NCBI GenBank assembly: GCA_964342815.1
Contig: CAYFHS010000019.1
Location: forward strand, 10,285-74,284
From: an uncultured archaeon
GTDB lineage: Archaea; Thermoplasmatota; Penumbrarchaeia; JASLWR01
DNA length: 64,000 bases
Direction of reading: 5' to 3'
Part shown: positions 9,401-17,194 of the stretch, in pieces
Layout of the letters: each line of letters starts with the position of its first letter
Numbering within the stretch: the stretch's first letter is position 1
The notes under the pieces: generated by a model
Database searches by the model: none
Told to the model about the DNA's origin: nothing
What the model saw: only the letters and a program-made list of their open reading frames with translations
Program-made: the position numbers and the translations under genes

Positions 9401-11869
9401 GGCCAGACCATTCTCTACGGCGATCCCTCTCTCGTGATGATCGCGCCAACTTTGTGGACTGACGTGCGGTGGTCTTCGGGCGAATCGGCGGAGCACCTCA
9501 CCATCACGATCACCATCCGGGACCAGTACGGCCTCAAGGTGACCCCGGATTCCCTGGACATTAGCATGGATGGCGTTCAGACAGGATTTTCCGAGGAAGA
9601 GACCGGGATCTATTCCATTGATTGGCTTCCCACGGATTACGGCTCGCACAGCTTAAAACTTACAATAAGCAAAGAAGGTTATACTTCCCGGCAAGGCTCG
9701 CCTGTAATTTCACAGAATTACGATCTTTTTGTGCCGCGAGTACGGATCGACCCGTTTTCCATTTTATACACTCCTGGACTCGCCCAAACTCTGGATCTGA
9801 ACGTAAAAATCAATTATACGCATCCGGAGGATCGTCCCTTGACCGGGAGGGATTGTCATTACGTGAAGGCAGGAATTTTCAATGAAAATAATACCAATAC
9901 CGAATTGAAGTCCGAACTTATATATGACGATGATCGATGGGGGGTGAAAGGATGGAATGTTTCATCTCTTGCAACCGGTGATTATTATATCATGATAAGG
10001 GTATCTCCCCGCGACAGCTCATATTTAGAGAAAAAGACGGACATTTTTTCAGTGATTCATGGTATGCATTTCAACTCCCCCGAAATGGATTTCAATCACA
10101 GTTCGAAGCAGCTGAACTTGTGGAACCTGACGGCTACAAGTACCTGGTCGATACATGGTCGTCTCTCCCCTACCGAAATTTCCTTGATACGTTATGAAGT
10201 TATTTCGGACGATCCGACTGTTCCCGAAAATGTAAAGATCGAGGGTGAGCCGGACTACGATTATCGCTCGGAAAGTTTCGTAATCCTCAACGCGAGCATG
10301 GCACCGTTATTACCGGGCAGCTACCATCTGGAAATATTTATCTCAACCAGTTACTCTGAGGCTGAACCATTGAAGACAGAATCTTTTTCCATAAACAGCT
10401 CTTTTTATATATTCGGCCCAGATATCGAATATGTCGGTAGGATGACCCAGATGGTTTATCTTTCCAATGTCTTGTTGTCATCCAGCACCGATCCCCTGGA
10501 TTCCGGGTATGTGGGTAATTTGACCGAATATGCTTATAAATTATTTTCAGACGACGAAGCTTTTCAGGGGATTTCCGGGAACCTCACATTACATGATGGA
10601 TTATGGAACGCCAGTATAAATGTTTCCGGTCTCCATGAGGGAAGCTACTACGTTGAGGTAAGTTTCGTGGATGCAAAACTCGGATCGGCAGCCGCAAGGT
10701 CCGGCCGGTTCAACGTTAGCCATTATATTCAATCGACGGTCCCGGAAGTGAATTATGATCGAACGGCCGGAAATGTCAAAATATTCGTATCTTCGGTGCG
10801 ATCAAGTTACCGTTCTTTCCCCGTTATCGATGAGACCACGTCTGATTTGAACGATTTCAAGGTTTTCAATCAGGACGGAACGGAAACCGGTATCTTCGGG
10901 AAACTTTCCTGCGTAAAGGGAAAATGGTCTGCGGAGTTTTCCGCATCTGACCTGACGTTTGGAGCTTACTACATAAGCTGTTATTTCGGATATGCGGGTC
11001 ATGTGACGGAAGTGAACTCAAGCCTTTTTGATCTGGAGTTTCCGCTGCACGTGAACGAACCCCTGGTTATCTACAATCAGCTGGAGGATGAAATAAGGGT
11101 ATTCGGTATAAGGCCGTATTCGGATACCGCTACTATCGGATATCTCGATCCATACGGCGCTACCGAGATGTCGGTAAGGATACTGGATTTAAAAGGCGAA
11201 GTAGTGATGGAGGGGATTCTGGACTATGAGAACGGCGAATTTTACATAATATTCGGGAGGATTTCAAAAAGAGTTTTGGTTTCGGGTAGCTACTGGGCGG
11301 AGGTAACTTTCGCCACGGTAAATATTGATCCCGTTAGCAATCTATCGAAACCGTTCTCGATCCTGTATGACGAGGATGAAGGCGATAAAGAGGAAATTCC
11401 CCAGGAGGAGGGCTCCCGGGTACTGGGGCTTATAGGGGCTGTTTTCATTTTATTGATATTATTGGCTGCAATAATTCATTTTTTCATACGCAGGGACGGG
11501 AGGGGTACGACATCAGGCGTAAGAGATGGCGCAGCAGACCCGAGGACGGATTCGGATATGGTTGAAGATATAGGCAAAGAACCGCATCTGGAAACGTTTG
11601 TACCGCGCAGGGCGGCAACAGACCATGAAGGGAAATCTTCTGGAATGACGGGTACCAGGATTAGGAAACGGGGAAAAAAAGTCGACCCGGCTTTCAATGA
11701 GTTAATTACTCCGGTTGGAACCGTACGCAAAAAAGAGATCCATCGTATTAATTCCCTATTTTCCAATCGTCCTGCAAAGGAGATCGTCCTTGAAGAAACC
11801 GGGAAAGACGGCGATGGCGTGGAGAAGTTCGGGGATGATCATAGTGAAGATGACGATATTTCCCGTTAA
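6464..11869 (+). CDS. giant surface protein: signal/anchor, candidate clan-CD (gingipain/caspase-fold) cysteine peptidase region, about 6-7 Ig-like modules, C-terminal TM and about 125-aa cytoplasmic tail
   Basis: 1801-codon uninterrupted ORF with a hydrophobic N-terminus (ITIMCFCAFLLLMTQ). The motif NNGHGHH (8930-8944) is followed 62-64 residues later by FQSCQVGG (Cys codon at 9125-9127). Modules ending in G[SAD]Y[YHW]hEh recur (GDYYIMIRV, GSYHLEIFI, GSYYVEVSF, GAYYISCYF, GSYWAEVTF). The TM segment VLGLIGAVFILLILLAAIIHFFI lies near 11420-11490. Confidence 0.85.
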   Translation: MKKNVKITIMCFCAFLLLMTQIEMFVLDGRNTFDSELTVRNYDIRSAKSTEDVRSVEYYPEKHTGDTFNHRAIFVRQDDSTYLDDMLFCAAVPAAVHWEGETRSNSMMISDERTRENGNLIGDYSEYLRKIEARPDIDFIGNVTEERKSALAGYFSDVESSNNITTASNIYDGACDIAKYYWMNERRLGTDTAVLSHVPNSDGGVEVQRDTSGANFGQFEVNTDLNSDEVSWLKFSIDWSDPEADTDYRIEIRDPLALHERSYSNAGNVGQVNPTNNRLYSNAGHCEVGVSPYYSYLPYSIDNDPQGYEQVAYRGELVQSDRSVYPIEGAADHKTFQFGPVKAGQWIGVVTNWTHYVVNESKYRDFDTFVYRPNQGPGDDHLLEIAYNPGLPGYHLGTTPETGYCYADVDGYYSVTVHPYNTSIGGSFTTGVYWGGLDEESMWTAKQINHGTDPVQYHLEEYAMTDDHVIESVTNGAVVASLNNIPLFYTAGGQPEPNVAATLQDMGITKLIVIDPGNKISTLEWEGKGFSLDHVKGDKEVFNYIYDLSVTKKIHKGTVINAQGGPWFTGAALTGAYHGVPIPALDDPEMVHIQNQATTTWWQMIQLTDVYDFYPYNRYQAPNQANMEDLADDFFSWIEGFHPDYNPDCGDKNGDGIPDNGNYWDYSEDVEIFVISPLNALKPALDRAINGKASVGRIPIADPSALWAVVNREMLYWKVGYSRADNPEDPDDSPPVGDHWKRAGWTFNSYAHDDGIMDNDSGDQDDDDFCGMDDGGANHLTYRGRETWPTLAQNYGKINDYNTYYTNIRDMLEKGTCYWSNNGHGHHYNMMETGIGATATSMDSSNPKFAGPPQSNSFVDPPLEMTTGWDWYYGIDNIHSAFSTFQSCQVGGSSLPEYFLRLGGIAVVGGTVTRSLIEATIQHDRTARGLFSGMSFGDSHRWGADETGCIYSLKDPGTKNKNYGEAGFADDMWVRYGDTGQTILYGDPSLVMIAPTLWTDVRWSSGESAEHLTITITIRDQYGLKVTPDSLDISMDGVQTGFSEEETGIYSIDWLPTDYGSHSLKLTISKEGYTSRQGSPVISQNYDLFVPRVRIDPFSILYTPGLAQTLDLNVKINYTHPEDRPLTGRDCHYVKAGIFNENNTNTELKSELIYDDDRWGVKGWNVSSLATGDYYIMIRVSPRDSSYLEKKTDIFSVIHGMHFNSPEMDFNHSSKQLNLWNLTATSTWSIHGRLSPTEISLIRYEVISDDPTVPENVKIEGEPDYDYRSESFVILNASMAPLLPGSYHLEIFISTSYSEAEPLKTESFSINSSFYIFGPDIEYVGRMTQMVYLSNVLLSSSTDPLDSGYVGNLTEYAYKLFSDDEAFQGISGNLTLHDGLWNASINVSGLHEGSYYVEVSFVDAKLGSAAARSGRFNVSHYIQSTVPEVNYDRTAGNVKIFVSSVRSSYRSFPVIDETTSDLNDFKVFNQDGTETGIFGKLSCVKGKWSAEFSASDLTFGAYYISCYFGYAGHVTEVNSSLFDLEFPLHVNEPLVIYNQLEDEIRVFGIRPYSDTATIGYLDPYGATEMSVRILDLKGEVVMEGILDYENGEFYIIFGRISKRVLVSGSYWAEVTFATVNIDPVSNLSKPFSILYDEDEGDKEEIPQEEGSRVLGLIGAVFILLILLAAIIHFFIRRDGRGTTSGVRDGAADPRTDSDMVEDIGKEPHLETFVPRRAATDHEGKSSGMTGTRIRKRGKKVDPAFNELITPVGTVRKKEIHRINSLFSNRPAKEIVLEETGKDGDGVEKFGDDHSEDDDISR

Positions 11870-11958
11870 TGAAAAGATAGTATTTGCAGAAGATTACTAT
11901 TCCTGAACGATCTCTTTCACTCGTTTGAAATCCATTGGCCAACTCTCGCGGTATTTCG

Positions 11959-12600
11959 TTATAATCGGTCCCACAGTTCGGTCATTCGGTCCGTCATCTC
12001 GTCGAAAAAACTTGATTTGTATGCTGTTAATATTTTAAATACGAGCTTTGGGTTCCTGATAGTATAAAAGGTATTTCTCCCTCTGACCTCGTCTTTTAAA
12101 ATATCAGCTCGAATCATTTTTCTCAGATAGTAGGACAGGGTCGACGGCGGCATATCGAACTCGTTCAACATGTCCTTGTTGCATGAAAACGGATTAAAAT
12201 ACAAAAATAAAACGATATGCCTTGGAACCTTCAACCTTAAAAGCGATATAATTATTTTTTCCTGAGGGCTTATTTTATCTCTAATGAAGTATCTTGTGTA
12301 ATATCCGTCCTTTTTCTTCACTATCAGTTCCTGTTTGTCAAGAATGTCAAGTTGATATTCTAATACACCTATCCTGATATCGAGCTTTCGCGCGATCTCT
12401 CTGAAATGCAGTCCCGGAGATTTGAATATCAGTTCGTAGATCCTTCTTCTGGTATCCAACTGCAGTACATCGCTTTTTTTCATGTTTTCGGAACTATCGC
12501 TCAGACTCCTTTTTGCATTTCTGCGGGCCGTCCGTCCGGTGAAAAAGCGATCTTTCATACAGTTCCCTTTTTTATGCTTATTTTCTGGTAATGGCGGCAT
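11959..12600 (-). CDS. transcriptional regulator with two tandem winged-helix (ArsR-like) domains
   Basis: wHTH 1 is RRRIYELIFKSPGLHFREIARKLDIRIGVLEYQLDILDKQELIVKKKDGYYTRYF. wHTH 2 is PRHIVLFLYFNPFSCNKDMLNEFDMPPSTLSYYLRKMIRADILKDEVRGRNTFYT. It is a paralog of the C-termini of 37911..40118 and 58324..62193. The start is uncertain (ATG at 12600 or 12558). See the finding on a possible fusion with 12578..12868. Confidence 0.8.
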   Translation of the reverse strand: MPPLPENKHKKGNCMKDRFFTGRTARRNAKRSLSDSSENMKKSDVLQLDTRRRIYELIFKSPGLHFREIARKLDIRIGVLEYQLDILDKQELIVKKKDGYYTRYFIRDKISPQEKIIISLLRLKVPRHIVLFLYFNPFSCNKDMLNEFDMPPSTLSYYLRKMIRADILKDEVRGRNTFYTIRNPKLVFKILTAYKSSFFDEMTDRMTELWDRL

Positions 12601-12868
12601 ATATGCAGATAAGGATTAGAAAATCGATGCCCAGCCAGTAGCTGTTTGCCGGGATATCCTCGAAAAATGAGTAGAAATTTCCCAGTAATAAACAAAGTCC
12701 TCTAATGAAGAACAGAATGAAAGCCCCACTCAATATCAGAAGTTTCGAGCTCTTGGCAAGTCGATAAGATATCATGGTCATTATAAGGATCACAAGAGCA
12801 GCTCCCATTACTACTATTTCCAGGAAAATTTCTATATCATTCATGTCGATCTCTCCGCCAGTCCGCAA
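12578..12868 (-). CDS. small 3-TM membrane protein, possibly the detached membrane anchor of the downstream double-wHTH regulator
   Basis: 96-codon ORF with three hydrophobic segments. It overlaps the next ORF by 23 nt in another frame. Confidence 0.55.
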   Translation of the reverse strand: MRTGGEIDMNDIEIFLEIVVMGAALVILIMTMISYRLAKSSKLLILSGAFILFFIRGLCLLLGNFYSFFEDIPANSYWLGIDFLILICIYAAITRK

Positions 12869-12974
12869 TTTTTCGTCGATATATAAGGCTTATGGTACAA
12901 ACGCTGTTCAGTCCAGCTTTTGTACCAAATCTGATTTATATACATAGATTAATCGGATTGTCAGGTGATATCCC

Positions 12975-15668
12975 ATGAAAAGAACGATAATAACGATTAT
13001 TATGATAGCAATGTTGGCCTTGACCTTCGGACAATTTATTATTCCTGCCAGCTCCGCCCGGCAGGAAAACCACATTCCCGCTGCTGAGATCACAGATCCC
13101 AATCACGGTGCAAATGTGTTCGGGGTGATCGAGATAGGAATCCGTGCAACTGATCGGGACGGGGTCGAGGATATCGAGAACGTTCATGTAAGGATCGATG
13201 AAGGTGAGTGGAAATATGCCGATTTCATCGAAGCGGATCAAGAACACAAGTTCTACCAGGCTGCGTGGGATACAAGTACTGTGGATAACGGTTGGCACCA
13301 TATACATGCCAGAACCTACGACGGAAAGAACTATTCTGAAGTAAATATGATCGGGGTACAGGTAGGTAACGAGCCCCCCCATAATCAGGTTCCGAGAGTC
13401 GAGATAATGGAACCCGCAATGGATGAAACCGTCAGCGGAGAGGTGGAAATACTCCTTGCTGCCATGGACCCCGATGGTAATGATGAGCTTGAGCGGGTGC
13501 AAATTCGAGTGGGAGATGGAGAATGGCTCAATACGGAGTTTATGGGACTGGAGGGAAATCACAGCTGGTGGTCACGTACGTGGAATACCGCCGAATTCGA
13601 GAACGGAGTATATCACCTGCGGGCAAGAGCCTGGGACGGGGGGGACGAACATTCCGATGTTGACGTGGTTGAGGTCGTAGTCCATAATGGAGAGGAAAAT
13701 CACATACCCGAAGCCAAGATAGTGGAGATACAGCAGGGAGCCACCGTCAGCGGGGTGGTCCAAGTATTTATCAGAGCATCGGACGCCAATGGGAGAGATG
13801 ATGTCGAAAAGGTAATGGTTAGGATCGATGAGCTGTATTGGAACGAGGCGGAATTCCATCGAAACGGTGACGCTGAAGAAGTTTCAATATGGATTTACGA
13901 TTGGAATACGACTCCTTTCGAGGACGGCGAGCACCATATTAGCGCAAAAGCATTTGATCAAGAGGATGACAGTGAGGCGGATGTAATCGGTGTGATCGTT
14001 GATAATATAGAGGAGAATCACCGCCCGGTTGCGGAAATTGTCGAAATACAACAGGGAGCTACCGTCAGTGGTGTGGTAGAAGTGTGGATCAGGGCGGCGG
14101 ACGCTAACGGGATGGATGATATCGAGCATGTATTTGTCTGGATCGACGATAATGAATGGCAGAATGCAACCTTTGTAAGAAATGGCGAGGGGCATTCGTT
14201 CTGGGTTTACGAGTGGGATACCACTGCCTTTGAGAACGGTGAGCATCACATATGGACAATAGCTTATGATGGCGTTGATGAAGGTGAGGAGAACTGGGTC
14301 GGGGTCTTTGTGGAAAATATCGTGGAGAACGGGATTCCAAAAGTCGAGATAATAGAGCCAGGTCGGGGTGCGCAGCTTCACGGCGTAGTTAGAGTGTCAG
14401 TAGCGGCTTCGGATCCTGACGGCAACGATCATCTGGAAATGGTTTTCGTAAGAATCGATAACGGTGAATGGCAAAATGCGACCTTCCATGATCATGAAAA
14501 CGGAAATGCAGTGTGGATAATTGAGTGGAATACGAGCGCCGTTGAGAACGGCGAGCACAAGATACATGCAATTGCCTTTGATGGGGAGGACGAATCTGAG
14601 GTACATGCCGTGGGAGTATTGGTTCATAATGAGATCCATGAGAACCACCCCCCAACAGCAAGAATAATTGACGTGGAGCCCATAATCGACGGGCATTTAC
14701 AGGGTGTCGTAAACGTATGGATTCGAGTGTCAGACCTGGACGGCCTTGATGAGATAGTGCTGGTGGAAGCACGTATCGACGAGGGACCGTGGCAGCCGGC
14801 CCGGCAGGTTGCACATGATCGCGAATTTACATTGTGGAGCTATGTATGGGACACCACAACCGTACGGGATGGGCGGCACTTGATTTCTGCAAGAGCTGCG
14901 GACGGAGAAAGCCTTTCTCGTGTGTCTACTGAAAATTACATGGTTCGACAGGCAAACGACGACGAGCCTCACCATGACGAGAGATTCAGCAGGCTTGACG
15001 AGACCTGGGAGAATATTTATGAAAAACCTATCGAATCAGGTATCGAGAATGGAACCGTGGGCGCTGAGATGACCATTTCCAAGGACCTGGGGAAACCTGC
15101 ATCGAATTTTGTCAGCTATCTGCCGGGAATGGAGATGGAGATGGAATTGGTTTCGGATGGGCGGATCGATATCACCGTACGAGGTGATTTTAGTACCGGG
15201 AAAGTTGTAATTCTGAATATCGACGAAACCATGCTGGATATAACAAACTTCGAGGATATAATCGTTAAATTCGACGGCTCAGAGATAGATTATTCCAATG
15301 TAAATGTCGTTCTTGCGGAGGATGGAAATGAACCGATATACTGCCTGACCATGGGGAATGACGGTCTACGGGTATTGATCTACATACCGCATTTCTCGGA
15401 GCATGTTATAACCATCGAATCCGGTTCATTCATATCGGCACCCTTGACCTTGGCAGCCGAGGGATCCACGGTGTCATTTTGGATAGTCGCCATTATCGCT
15501 GGTGCTGTAATCGTCATATTACTGATCGTAAATGTAATGCGCATCGGGAAAAGAGAACATAGATTGATCGCAAACGATGAAAGAATACCAGGCTTGTCAC
15601 CCATGTACAACCTGATGGATCGAAACTTTGATGACGAAGAAGAGCCCGAAGATGAATGGGAATTTTAA
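12975..15668 (+). CDS. surface protein with six tandem Ig-like repeats, a C-terminal TM anchor and an acidic tail
   Basis: N-terminal signal/anchor (IITIIMIAMLALTFGQFIIPASSA). Six repeats of about 106 aa are present. The TM segment is FWIVAIIAGAVIVILLIVNVM and the tail is acidic (DDEEEPEDEWEF). Confidence 0.85.
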   Translation: MKRTIITIIMIAMLALTFGQFIIPASSARQENHIPAAEITDPNHGANVFGVIEIGIRATDRDGVEDIENVHVRIDEGEWKYADFIEADQEHKFYQAAWDTSTVDNGWHHIHARTYDGKNYSEVNMIGVQVGNEPPHNQVPRVEIMEPAMDETVSGEVEILLAAMDPDGNDELERVQIRVGDGEWLNTEFMGLEGNHSWWSRTWNTAEFENGVYHLRARAWDGGDEHSDVDVVEVVVHNGEENHIPEAKIVEIQQGATVSGVVQVFIRASDANGRDDVEKVMVRIDELYWNEAEFHRNGDAEEVSIWIYDWNTTPFEDGEHHISAKAFDQEDDSEADVIGVIVDNIEENHRPVAEIVEIQQGATVSGVVEVWIRAADANGMDDIEHVFVWIDDNEWQNATFVRNGEGHSFWVYEWDTTAFENGEHHIWTIAYDGVDEGEENWVGVFVENIVENGIPKVEIIEPGRGAQLHGVVRVSVAASDPDGNDHLEMVFVRIDNGEWQNATFHDHENGNAVWIIEWNTSAVENGEHKIHAIAFDGEDESEVHAVGVLVHNEIHENHPPTARIIDVEPIIDGHLQGVVNVWIRVSDLDGLDEIVLVEARIDEGPWQPARQVAHDREFTLWSYVWDTTTVRDGRHLISARAADGESLSRVSTENYMVRQANDDEPHHDERFSRLDETWENIYEKPIESGIENGTVGAEMTISKDLGKPASNFVSYLPGMEMEMELVSDGRIDITVRGDFSTGKVVILNIDETMLDITNFEDIIVKFDGSEIDYSNVNVVLAEDGNEPIYCLTMGNDGLRVLIYIPHFSEHVITIESGSFISAPLTLAAEGSTVSFWIVAIIAGAVIVILLIVNVMRIGKREHRLIANDERIPGLSPMYNLMDRNFDDEEEPEDEWEF
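13062..14951 (+). repeat. six in-frame tandem repeats of about 318 nt (about 106 aa) inside CDS 12975..15668
   Basis: The recurring pattern is ENH(I/R)P.A.I.E...GATVSG.V.V.IRA.D.(N/D)G.D.(I/V)E.V.VRID.GEW.NA.F........W.Y.W(N/D)T....(N/D)G.H.I.A.A.D.... Repeats 3 and 4 are also clearly similar at the nucleotide level (13687 versus 14006). Confidence 0.85.
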
Positions 15669-15680
15669 TCTAACCTTTCA

Positions 15681-16685
15681 TCATCCGTAGAATTTCGCAA
15701 GTACGCTGAGAGCTCGCAGGGTGACCCACTTGCTGGGTTTACCCTTTTTTTCAATATTCGCTGCCATTCGGCCGTTCATTGAGTTCTGCAAGAGCCATCT
15801 GCCCTGTTCATTTTGTTTTTCTGCCGCCATGTCCATGGCATCCTGCATCCTGGGATCCCGGTACCCAAAGCCGGTGAGCAAGTCCAGTAACTCGAGAACG
15901 TCGGACTGGTACATGAGAGGGAATCCGAATCTCAGCCATCCCGGTTTGCTGACTTTCGAAAGATCGTGGCTCCGTTTATATATGTGATGAAGAAGGAAGT
16001 ACTCTGCACCATTTTCCAGAGTTTTTTTCATCCCTTCCGTTCTCTTACCCGGGTGTACTTCTATAAGAGCTTTCAATGCTTTAGCCGCACCCATGTGACA
16101 AGTGTGTTTGCCAAAGCAGTTCTCATATCTGTTATACGGCCATTCATCCGGAGTTTCGCTGCAATCGTCGAAGCGCTGGTAGGTGCTTATGTAATCAATG
16201 GCCCTTTGGGTCCGTGGATCGTTCTCATACCCGAAGCGGAGCAAACTGAAGACCATGTTCCCGGTAAGGCACGGCAGAACCCCGCTGTGCCTGCCTCCGT
16301 TCTTTTCCATCCCCATATATGAAAAACCACCGCTCTGTCTATCCTGTGACCATGCGAATATGAACTCCGCAGCCTTCCGTATCCTCACGTCCTCTCCATG
16401 AGCACCCAGCTCCGCAAGTAGCAGAAAAGACCAGACGGTACCCTTGTATTTTGATCGTACATAGAAATCCTCGGGTTTCCCCCAATGGCCACCTGGTTCC
16501 TGCTTTTCCATTATCTTCGTCACGGGCACTGATTCCATAATTTTCATTCGTGCATCTTTTACTATAGAATCGTTTTCTTTTTTGCCCAGTAACTGTTTCA
16601 ATGCTAAATATCTAACCGACGGATTTTCCTCTTCCAGCAGCCATTCCGTTGGGTCCGATTTCAAATAGGATTTCCAGTTTTTCAT
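15681..16685 (-). CDS. alpha/alpha-toroid-like (prenyltransferase/terpenoid-cyclase-like repeat) protein of unknown function
   Basis: The likely start MKNWKSYLK at 16685 overlaps the upstream stop as ATGA. The sequence has periodic aromatic/Gly-rich helix-hairpin character (GGHWGKPEDFY, QSGGFSYMG, GTVWSFLLLAELG). The family assignment is from memory of similar proteins and was not verified. Confidence 0.45.
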   Translation of the reverse strand: MKNWKSYLKSDPTEWLLEEENPSVRYLALKQLLGKKENDSIVKDARMKIMESVPVTKIMEKQEPGGHWGKPEDFYVRSKYKGTVWSFLLLAELGAHGEDVRIRKAAEFIFAWSQDRQSGGFSYMGMEKNGGRHSGVLPCLTGNMVFSLLRFGYENDPRTQRAIDYISTYQRFDDCSETPDEWPYNRYENCFGKHTCHMGAAKALKALIEVHPGKRTEGMKKTLENGAEYFLLHHIYKRSHDLSKVSKPGWLRFGFPLMYQSDVLELLDLLTGFGYRDPRMQDAMDMAAEKQNEQGRWLLQNSMNGRMAANIEKKGKPSKWVTLRALSVLAKFYG

Positions 16686-17194
16686 TTTGCCGCGCTCCCC
16701 GGACAAATATATTTCATCTTGCATCGCTCGCAACTCTTCTTTCTTCCGATGGCACCACTGTATGACGAAACAGACAACAGGAGAACCAACACGATAATTT
16801 TTATCATAGAAAAACTCACTATCATTGAGATGATGGTGGATGCAAGCGGTATGACGAGGAGCAGTCCATAGGTCAAAGGAGGTAGTGTTTTGACAACGCC
16901 GGTGCTGAAATTTTCCATGTTAACTTTCTTGAAAAACAGTGCCGAGAGTTTACCCCACCCCGAATGACACCATTTGTCGTAGTAATAACACTTGGTGCAG
17001 ACGAGTTTTCTAAGAACGAAGTAGATCATTGTAATTGCCCAGGCAAGATATATTGCTGCCAATAACGATGAAATGAAACAGCACCCCATGAAACCCAGCC
17101 CTATCCACAGAATCATCATTAAATTATCAACAATAATTCTTCCGGCCGGACTTTTTTCTAATCCCTCCTCGAATAATTTAACTTGATTTTTCAA
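16682..17194 (-). CDS. hypothetical 4-TM membrane protein with Cys-rich motifs
   Basis: 170-codon ORF with four hydrophobic segments. Cys motifs are CTKCYYYDKWCH and CERCKMKYICPG. It is tightly packed with its neighbours: its stop overlaps the start of the next gene by 4 nt. Confidence 0.55.
   Translation of the reverse strand: MKNQVKLFEEGLEKSPAGRIIVDNLMMILWIGLGFMGCCFISSLLAAIYLAWAITMIYFVLRKLVCTKCYYYDKWCHSGWGKLSALFFKKVNMENFSTGVVKTLPPLTYGLLLVIPLASTIISMIVSFSMIKIIVLVLLLSVSSYSGAIGRKKSCERCKMKYICPGSAAK

Noticed and set aside
13062-14951. The periodic repeats raised the question of a CRISPR array or other non-coding tandem repeat. The same question applies to 40040-41990.
   Set aside because: The periods are 318 nt and 141 nt. 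The repeats are in-frame within long ORFs that have coherent protein motifs, and there is no alternation of short identical repeats with unique spacers. I saw no CRISPR-like structure anywhere in the window.
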